The notes below the pieces were generated by a model. The model saw only the letters and a program-made list of their open reading frames with translations. It ran no database searches and had not been told where the DNA came from. Made by a program: the position numbers and the translations under genes. Source: Alphaproteobacteria bacterium (lineage in GTDB: Bacteria > Pseudomonadota > Alphaproteobacteria > M2410). Taken from it: DNA of 64,000 nt. Positions 57,368 to 64,000 of this stretch are shown here, in pieces. The stretch lies in assembly GCA_006226415.1 (NCBI GenBank), contig SBGZ01000088.1, forward strand, positions 2,874-66,873, written 5' to 3'. Each line of letters begins with the position of its first letter. The stretch's first letter is position 1.

Positions 57368-58072
57368 ATGACACAATCCCCTTCTCAATTGGTTGATTGG
57401 GCCGTCGAAGACCACCTAGTCCCCTATCCGGAGGCTGAGGCCCTCATGAAGGCCCGTGCGGCCCAGATTGCCGCCGGACAGGCCAGCGAGCTCGTCTGGC
57501 TCCTGGAGCACCCGCCGCTCTACACCGCCGGAACCAGCGCCCGCCAGGAAGACCTTTTGGCGCCAGATCAGTTTCCGGTTTATGAAACCGGACGCGGCGG
57601 CCAATACACCTACCATGGCCCCGGCCAGCGGGTGGCCTATGTCATGCTCAACTTGAAACAACGCAAACCCGATGTTCGCGCTTTTGTCTGCGATTTGGAA
57701 AATTGGCTGATCGACACACTGGGCCAATTCAACATCAAAGGTGAGCGCCGCCCTGGCCGTGTTGGCATCTGGGTCGCCCAGTATGACGGGGATCGATTAG
57801 TCAGCGAAAACAAGATCGCCGCCCTCGGCATCAGACTACACAAATGGGTGTCGTATCACGGCATCTCCATCAATGTTTCACCAGAGCTGTCCAATTTTGG
57901 CGGAATTGTCCCCTGCGGCATCTCTGAGCATGGTGTAACGAGTTTTGAGGACTTGGGTCACCTCACCCCTATGAGCGAGATCGACATCGCCTTGCGTCGG
58001 TGCTTTGAAGCGAGATTTGGTTCAACCCGTCAAGTAATGAGCCCTCTGCCCAAACAGGCCCTCGCCAAATAA
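57368..58072 (+). CDS. lipB: Lipoyl(octanoyl) transferase
   Basis: Contains [42 protein letters not shown] and PCGI. Confidence 0.9.
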   Translation: MTQSPSQLVDWAVEDHLVPYPEAEALMKARAAQIAAGQASELVWLLEHPPLYTAGTSARQEDLLAPDQFPVYETGRGGQYTYHGPGQRVAYVMLNLKQRKPDVRAFVCDLENWLIDTLGQFNIKGERRPGRVGIWVAQYDGDRLVSENKIAALGIRLHKWVSYHGISINVSPELSNFGGIVPCGISEHGVTSFEDLGHLTPMSEIDIALRRCFEARFGSTRQVMSPLPKQALAK

Positions 58073-58075
58073 AAA

Positions 58076-58104
58076 GGCGGACCAATGAGGCCCGCCCTTT
58101 TGCA
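58076..58104 (+). terminator. Intrinsic terminator after lipB
   Basis: The stem GGCGGACC pairs with GGCCCGCC (one mismatch) around the loop aatga. CTTTTGCAATTTT follows it. The A-run 5' of the stem may also serve the convergent OmpA-family gene. Confidence 0.5.
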
Positions 58105-58124
58105 ATTTTCATCGTGCCTTGGCT

Positions 58125-59234
58125 TTACTTCACCAAAGTAATCCGCACCCGGCGATTAACACCGCTCAGCGGATGCTTCGGATCCAACAGACGTGACTCG
58201 CCAAAGCCCATGGATTCGAGACGGGCCCGGTCGATACCGCCGCTCGCCACCAGATAATTCACGACAGAAGCCGCACGCCGATCGGAGAGACCCATGTTGT
58301 AGTCATCCGAACCAGCTGCATCCGTGTGCCCCTCAATCATGAAGGACGCATCCCTAAGATCGTTTGACATCATCGCCAAAGCGAGCTGATCCAGCGCGCC
58401 TTCTGATTTGGGTGCGAGAACCGCTGAATCAAAAGCGAAGTGAATGTAGAGATCGATAAATTCTTTCTCTTTGATCTCATCAACAATCGCACGCGCATTG
58501 GCGTCCACATCCGCACAGCTCATACCGCCTTCGCCCGCAGGCCAATCCAGCGTGTAGAGATTTCGTGTCAAATTGGAATATTCCTCCGGCGAACATTCCG
58601 GGCAATTGAGTTGAATGTTTTCAAACATCGCCAGATTGTTCCGGATAATTTGGCTACTCGGCTGCAGCGCACGCGCCTTTTCCAGATGATTGATCGCGGT
58701 CTGGATATCGCCGACATAGCCAGCAGAAAGTCCCAAATTGTTTTGGATTGCCGATGAGTCCGGACAATACTCCAACGCCTTATAATACGACGAAACCGCC
58801 TGATCGTGGGCCTCGCCCAAATCATAAACAATCCCAAGGCTGGCATGAGTGCGCCAATACTCACCATTAAGTTGATTGGAACGCTCCAGAGCCTCTTGCG
58901 CTTCGGAAACATTTCCAAGCATCAGCTCAACAACGCCCATTTCGGTCATAAACAGCGGCTCATCAGAAAACTTAACGTAATCGGCTTTGAGAACCTTATA
59001 GGCCTCATCGGCCCGCCCCGAATAGCGAAGGTATTTAGATAACCCAACAGCGGCCTTAACGTCGCCCGGATCATTCGTATGAAGCTCCGTGAACCGATCA
59101 ACCATGGCCGAATAGTCCGCTTCGCCGCCAGACAGCCCAATTCCAGTCATTGATTCGCATGAAACAAGGCCGAGCGAAGCCACCACAGCCAAAGCCAAAG
59201 CCGTTGTTTTTGCTTTGAAAATCATAATAATCAC
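58125..59234 (-). CDS. OmpA-family lipoprotein with TPR repeats
   Basis: The lipobox reads LGLVSC. TPR-like repeats are followed by a C-terminal OmpA_C domain (F.FDSA.L......LD.LA......I.GHTD..GS..YN..LS..RA..V...L). Confidence 0.8.
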   Translation of the reverse strand: MIIMIFKAKTTALALAVVASLGLVSCESMTGIGLSGGEADYSAMVDRFTELHTNDPGDVKAAVGLSKYLRYSGRADEAYKVLKADYVKFSDEPLFMTEMGVVELMLGNVSEAQEALERSNQLNGEYWRTHASLGIVYDLGEAHDQAVSSYYKALEYCPDSSAIQNNLGLSAGYVGDIQTAINHLEKARALQPSSQIIRNNLAMFENIQLNCPECSPEEYSNLTRNLYTLDWPAGEGGMSCADVDANARAIVDEIKEKEFIDLYIHFAFDSAVLAPKSEGALDQLALAMMSNDLRDASFMIEGHTDAAGSDDYNMGLSDRRAASVVNYLVASGGIDRARLESMGFGESRLLDPKHPLSGVNRRVRITLVK

Positions 59235-59347
59235 CCCTGCTCGAAAGCACGAAAAATCGTGATGCGCCTCTAACTAGACGTTAGAGAAACATCTTCCCAA
59301 GTTCAAGGTAGGGAAAATTCCCTAAAACTTTGTCAACAAATGGTTAT

Positions 59348-61369
59348 CTAGGCGGTTTGCTCGTACTCAACGATGATCTCGTCGACAGCCAGGCTATCCC
59401 CGGGAGCGGCATGGATTTTCTTAACAATGCAATCACGCTCCGCCCGCAGAATATTCTCCATTTTCATGGCCTCGACCACCGCCACAGGCGAGCCCGCCTT
59501 AACCTGTTGGCCTTCTTCCACGTCCACAGAAATAACCAAACCTGGCATCGGACACAGCAACAGGTTTGAGGTATCCGGCACGACGCGTTCCGGCATCAAA
59601 GCCGCCAACTCAGCAACATCCGGACGCAGAACCGCCAAAACAATCACCGCACCGCGATAGGAAAGCTCCCACCCATCAAGCTGTCGTGTCACCCGGACAG
59701 CCATCACGTCATCATTGATCCGAATACGGATCAGAGACTCTCCCAGATGCCAATCACTAAAAAGCGTAAAGTCCTTCGGCCCCCCATCAAGCGAACAGAC
59801 CCGCAGGCCATCCCCCTCCGCCGCGTAGGTGACATTCAGCGGCTTCTCACCGCCAAGCACAACACGGTGAACCGGAGCACTTAAGTCTTCCGCAAGGTTG
59901 ACATCCAGATGGGCCCGATTGCGCTGACCAAGGCGCGCTTCCGCAAAGACAGCAACAGCGGTCAACTTGTACAGAATTTCCTCTGTAATCGGCGCGCCAT
60001 CAAAACCATCCGGAAATTCTTCGTCGATATAGCCGGTTGTCAACCGACCCTCGCGAAATCTATCCTGCCCATAAACAGCACTAAGAAACGGGATATTCTG
60101 CTCAATCCCATCAATCCAGAAGGAGTCGAGCGCCAGCATCATATGATCAATGGCCGAAAGACGGTCGGGCCCGTGGGTGCAAAGCTTGGCAATCATCGGA
60201 TCATAAAAGAGCGAGATTTCACTCCCCTCTTCGACGCCCGTATCATTGCGGATCGTCAGCCCTCCCTCGCAGGCTTCCGCCGGCGGCCGATATCGCACGA
60301 GACGGCCAATGGACGGCAGAAAATTCCGATAGGGATCTTCCGCATAGATCCGGCTCTCGATCGCCCAGCCCTTCAGCTTGACGTCCTCCTGCTTGAGCGA
60401 CAGTTTTTCGCCGGCCGCCACCCGGATCATCTGCTCCACCAGATCTATACCCGTCACAAGCTCTGTCACGGGGTGCTCGACCTGAAGACGCGTGTTCATT
60501 TCGAGGAAATAGAAGTTACGCGCGCCATCCACAATGAATTCGACTGTTCCGGCGCTTTCATAATCCACCGCCTTGGCCAGCGCGACAGCTTGCTCCCCCA
60601 TCTCTTTACGCGTTGCTTCATCCAGGAACGGACTGGGGGCCTCTTCGATAACTTTTTGATTTCTGCGCTGCACAGAACATTCGCGCTCACCCGCATAGAT
60701 CACATGGCCATGTTTGTCGGCAAGCACCTGAATTTCGATATGTCGAGGCTCGGTGATAAATTTCTCAATAAACACCCGGTCGTCACCAAAGGAAGACCGC
60801 GCTTCATTCATCGAAGAGACAAACCCTTCCGCAACATCGTCCTCGGTCCAGGCAACACGCATGCCCTTCCCGCCGCCGCCTGCCGAGGCTTTGATCATGA
60901 CGGGATAGCCAATTTCCCCGGCAATTTTTATTGCTTCTTCTGGAGATTGAATGACCCCGAGATACCCCGGCACTGTATTGACCTTGGCTTCATTGGCGAA
61001 TTTCTTGGATTCGATTTTGTCACCCATCACCTGAATGGCTTTGACATTGGGACCAATGAAGGCAATGCCTTCTTTTTCCAGTCGCTCCGCGAACCCGGCA
61101 TTCTCTGACAAAAACCCATAACCTGGATGAATGGCTTCTGCGCCGGTGTCTTTGGCGGCCTGAACGATTTTGTCTGCCACCAAATAGCTCTCAGCCGCCG
61201 CCGGCGGGCCAATCAGCACCGCCTCGTCCGCCATGCGAACATGCAGGGCATCGGCATCCGCCTCGGAGTAAACCGCCACGGTCTGGATCCCCATCTTGCG
61301 GGCCGTCTTTATGACGCGGCAGGCAATTTCACCCCGATTGGCAATGAGTATTTTTTTGAACATGGGCAA
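59348..61369 (-). CDS. pccA: Propionyl-CoA carboxylase alpha subunit
   Basis: A biotin carboxylase domain is followed by a C-terminal biotinyl EAMKME motif. The gene lies directly downstream of a 510-aa PccB-type carboxyltransferase gene. Confidence 0.88.
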   Translation of the reverse strand: MPMFKKILIANRGEIACRVIKTARKMGIQTVAVYSEADADALHVRMADEAVLIGPPAAAESYLVADKIVQAAKDTGAEAIHPGYGFLSENAGFAERLEKEGIAFIGPNVKAIQVMGDKIESKKFANEAKVNTVPGYLGVIQSPEEAIKIAGEIGYPVMIKASAGGGGKGMRVAWTEDDVAEGFVSSMNEARSSFGDDRVFIEKFITEPRHIEIQVLADKHGHVIYAGERECSVQRRNQKVIEEAPSPFLDEATRKEMGEQAVALAKAVDYESAGTVEFIVDGARNFYFLEMNTRLQVEHPVTELVTGIDLVEQMIRVAAGEKLSLKQEDVKLKGWAIESRIYAEDPYRNFLPSIGRLVRYRPPAEACEGGLTIRNDTGVEEGSEISLFYDPMIAKLCTHGPDRLSAIDHMMLALDSFWIDGIEQNIPFLSAVYGQDRFREGRLTTGYIDEEFPDGFDGAPITEEILYKLTAVAVFAEARLGQRNRAHLDVNLAEDLSAPVHRVVLGGEKPLNVTYAAEGDGLRVCSLDGGPKDFTLFSDWHLGESLIRIRINDDVMAVRVTRQLDGWELSYRGAVIVLAVLRPDVAELAALMPERVVPDTSNLLLCPMPGLVISVDVEEGQQVKAGSPVAVVEAMKMENILRAERDCIVKKIHAAPGDSLAVDEIIVEYEQTA

Positions 61370-61413
61370 GACGTCTTTCTTGTTCTTTTTTCTTTTCCGC
61401 CAATGGCTCCGCG

Positions 61414-62946
61414 CTAAAGCGGAATGTTGTCATGCTTTTTCCAAGGGTGCTCGACCTCTTTGGTTCGCAGCATATCGAGCGCCCTGGCGACACGACGCCG
61501 TGTCGAATGAGGCATGATAACATCATCGATATAGCCACGTTCCGCCGCGACAAAGGGATTGAGGAAGCGATCTTCATAGGCTTTCGTGCGCTCGGCAATC
61601 TTGTCGTCGTCGCCAATGTCCTGCCGGAAAATAATTTCCACAGCGCCCTTGGCCCCCATGACGGCAATTTCAGCTGTCGGCCAGGCATAGTTGACATCCG
61701 CCCGCAAGTGCTTGGATGCCATCACGTCATAGGCCCCGCCATAAGCCTTGCGCGTGATCACGGTGACTTTAGGCACAGTGGCTTCGCCATAGGCAAACAA
61801 TAGTTTCGCGCCATGCTTTATCAGGCCGCCATATTCCTGCGCCGTCCCGGGCAAAAACCCTGGAACGTCCACAAGGGTCACGATTGGAATATCAAAGCAA
61901 TCGCAGAACCGCACAAACCGTGCGCCCTTACGGCTTGCGTCAGAATCCAAAACCCCCGCCAACACCATCGGTTGATTGGCGACAAACCCAACCGTATGGC
62001 CATCCACGCGACCAAACCCAACAACTATATTTTTTGCAAAACTTTCCTGGATCTCAAAGAAGTCATTGTCATCGACCATCTTCAGGATCAGCTCTTTGAT
62101 GTCGTAAGGCTTGTTCGGATTGCCCGGCACCAGCGTGTCCAGAGAGGTTTCCTCCCGGTCCACATCGTCCCGCGTCGGCAGACAGGGCACACCAGACCGA
62201 TTGGACGATGGCAAAAAGTCCATGAAACGGCGCACCTGGGTCAGGATTTGAATATCGTCGTCATAAGCGCCATCAGCGATTGAAGATTTCGTCGTATGGA
62301 TCTTCGCCCCGCCTAATTCTTCCGCCGAGACGGTTTCCTGCGTCACGGTTTTCACCACATCCGGCCCGGTCACAAACATATAGGAGCGGTCCCGCACCAT
62401 AAAGATGAAGTCCGTCATGGCTGGCGAATAAACATCGCCGCCCGCGCAAGGTCCCATAATGACCGAGATCTGCGGCACAACACCGGAAGCCAGAATATTG
62501 CGCTGGAAGACTTCGCCATATCCGCCGAGCGCCGCCACGCCCTCTTGGATGCGCGCCCCGCCCGCGTCGAAGAGACCAATGATCGGCGCACCAACCTTGA
62601 TGGCCATATCCTGAATCTTGCAGATCTTTTGCGCGTGGGTCTCTGACAGAGAGCCCCCGAATACCGTAAAATCCTTAGCGAAAACAAAAACGAGACGCCC
62701 GTTGATTCGTCCCGCCCCTGTGACGACACCGTCGCCGGGAATCTTTTGTTCAGTCATGCCAAAGTCGGTGCATCTGTGTTCGACAAACATGTCGTATTCT
62801 TCAAAGCTTCCCTCGTCGAGAAGTACATTGAGGCGCTCTCGGGCTGTCAATTTGCCCTTACTGTGCTGGGAATCAATTCGGCGCTGGCCGCCCCCGTTGC
62901 GGGCCTCGGCGCGTTTTTCCTCAAGCTGACGCAGGATCTCTTGCAT
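61414..62946 (-). CDS. pccB: Propionyl-CoA carboxylase beta subunit
   Basis: 510 aa, with an N-terminus and length typical of PccB: [43 protein letters not shown]. Confidence 0.9.
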   Translation of the reverse strand: MQEILRQLEEKRAEARNGGGQRRIDSQHSKGKLTARERLNVLLDEGSFEEYDMFVEHRCTDFGMTEQKIPGDGVVTGAGRINGRLVFVFAKDFTVFGGSLSETHAQKICKIQDMAIKVGAPIIGLFDAGGARIQEGVAALGGYGEVFQRNILASGVVPQISVIMGPCAGGDVYSPAMTDFIFMVRDRSYMFVTGPDVVKTVTQETVSAEELGGAKIHTTKSSIADGAYDDDIQILTQVRRFMDFLPSSNRSGVPCLPTRDDVDREETSLDTLVPGNPNKPYDIKELILKMVDDNDFFEIQESFAKNIVVGFGRVDGHTVGFVANQPMVLAGVLDSDASRKGARFVRFCDCFDIPIVTLVDVPGFLPGTAQEYGGLIKHGAKLLFAYGEATVPKVTVITRKAYGGAYDVMASKHLRADVNYAWPTAEIAVMGAKGAVEIIFRQDIGDDDKIAERTKAYEDRFLNPFVAAERGYIDDVIMPHSTRRRVARALDMLRTKEVEHPWKKHDNIPL

Positions 62947-63063
62947 ATCCGTCCTTTACTCATCCAAATCGGTGGTGCGTCGGGGCTGAACAGCCCGCTT
63001 TGTGCGGGTTCCAGTCATATCAGGCCCTCCCCTCTTTGCCAATAATTTAGCCAAGCCAAGGAG

Positions 63064-63774
63064 TTAACCCTTAAGGGCCGCAAAATACCGCTCAAAGGCC
63101 TCAATTTCGCGCCGGATACGTTGCCGCCGGATCTCTGCCTCTTCGTCCGCCCCCCAGCTCTCTTCCTGCCAGAGCTCATCAAGCAACGAGGCGCTAACCG
63201 CCTCGCCCGCATCGACCCGCCCCCGAAACAGAGCGAGGCCGATCACAGTCGACCCCAAAAGCGCAACGGCGGGGTGAAGCCCGCCCAATTCAAAGGGCGA
63301 CAGCCTTCGCAAGTAATCAGAAAGAACCTCAAGGGAGGTCTCTGGCTGTGGCACCGCGATTATGCCGGAGGTCACCGTCAGCGTGATCGCAAACTCTGAC
63401 GCAGCCCAATCGAGAAGCGGCTGCCAGACCTCCTGCTGCCGCTGCACAAGATTGCCCGGCCCCTCAGCGCGATAACACACAAGATCCGAACTCGCATAAG
63501 ACCGGATATCTGCCCTCGCTTGCGCCCACTCATCCGCGGATTTGTCCAGCGCCCCATAGCAAAGCCGCGTTAAGGGAAGTTGCGACATCGCAATCTCGTC
63601 TTGCACCGCTTGCCATTCCATCGCCACTGCCTCGGCCAGTGGTAAGCACGGCAATATAAGTGGACGGCGTTGAGGTGTTTTGACCGTACGCTCATCCAAT
63701 CGCACCTCAAAACCGCCCTCTACAGGAGCGACACTTACATTCTGATAAAATCGTTTCGCCAAGGTCGTCAGCAA
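63064..63774 (-). CDS. ATP12-family F1-ATPase assembly chaperone
   Basis: Contains KRFYQNVSV...GFEVRLDERTVKTP....L.LP, a typical ATP12 N-terminus. The start codon is TTG. Confidence 0.72.
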   Translation of the reverse strand: MLTTLAKRFYQNVSVAPVEGGFEVRLDERTVKTPQRRPLILPCLPLAEAVAMEWQAVQDEIAMSQLPLTRLCYGALDKSADEWAQARADIRSYASSDLVCYRAEGPGNLVQRQQEVWQPLLDWAASEFAITLTVTSGIIAVPQPETSLEVLSDYLRRLSPFELGGLHPAVALLGSTVIGLALFRGRVDAGEAVSASLLDELWQEESWGADEEAEIRRQRIRREIEAFERYFAALKG

Positions 63775-63787
63775 TCTGATGTTGGGT

Positions 63788-64000
63788 TATTTGCGTTTAC
63801 TGGCGCGACGGAAATCAAACCGGGGGATATCATTCGGATCATCATAGATCGTTGCCTTGCCGCGCGGCAACTCATTGGCATTCATAAAGGCCTGAATGCA
63901 AGCATTATCCGCACTGGCCCGCTCGTCAATGAGCGGCAACAATTCTACATCCCGCTCTCGCACAAGCGCAAATCGCCCGAGCGATCCTGCGATCCCTCGC
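63788..64000 (-). CDS. 3' end of an unidentified gene (5' end lies outside the window)
   Basis: Hand translation of the minus strand is open to the window edge. It ends ...LPLIDERASADNACIQAFMNANELPRGKATIYDDPNDIPRFDFRRASKRK*. I recognise no family. Confidence 0.3.

Noticed and set aside
59267-59287. The hairpin CTCTAAC-tagac-GTTAGAG downstream of pccA, considered as a possible terminator.
   Set aside because: It has only a 7-bp AT-containing stem and no U-tract on either strand, which is insufficient to call an intrinsic terminator.

Overview
This is a densely coding 64-kb chromosomal segment. Gene content and synteny point to an alphaproteobacterium: topA-rnr-NUDIX-NUDIX-rpmG next to divK-pleD and DUF3572, plus mipZ, gatCAB, pyrB-pyrC', an ATP12 chaperone and DUF1489. 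GC looks like mid-50s percent by eye. I support about 65 CDS, one tRNA-Leu(GAG), and an rpmG gene that the ORF track misses because it encodes fewer than 60 aa. I also call several intrinsic terminators, two in-frame coding tandem repeats and a pair of REP-like palindromes. I saw no rRNA, transposase, integrase, phage gene, CRISPR array, toxin-antitoxin pair or recognisable defence or biosynthetic cluster.

The main functional blocks are:
- Ion transport: trkH, zntB-like, MscS family, mgtE.
- A quinohemoprotein PQQ alcohol dehydrogenase.
- gatCAB.
- pyrB/pyrC', plsY, dprA, topA, rnr.
- divK-pleD.
- dinB.
- clpSA.
- A phasin gene.
- A PBP5-type carboxypeptidase with a SPOR domain.
- mipZ and panC.
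- A leucine-catabolic methylcrotonyl-CoA carboxylase cluster.
- cysH, lipB.
- Propionyl-CoA carboxylase pccBA.

I do not see a convincing new multi-gene system; this looks like core genome. The observations most worth following up are:
1. An agmatine-deiminase-family protein in which the catalytic His, Asp and Cys motifs are all substituted.
2. A divergent HxlR-SCP2 regulator with a three-hexamer operator, facing a tautomerase and an MddA-like membrane methyltransferase.
3. Lysine-rich H1-like sequences on a small standalone protein, the TopA C-terminus and the phasin N-terminus.
4. A secreted metzincin-like protease whose zinc motif reads QExxHxxGxxH.
5. Tandem NUDIX paralogues with a split Nudix box and an 18-bp in-frame repeat.

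All functional calls come from reading the translated sequence and recalling family motifs. No database search was run.
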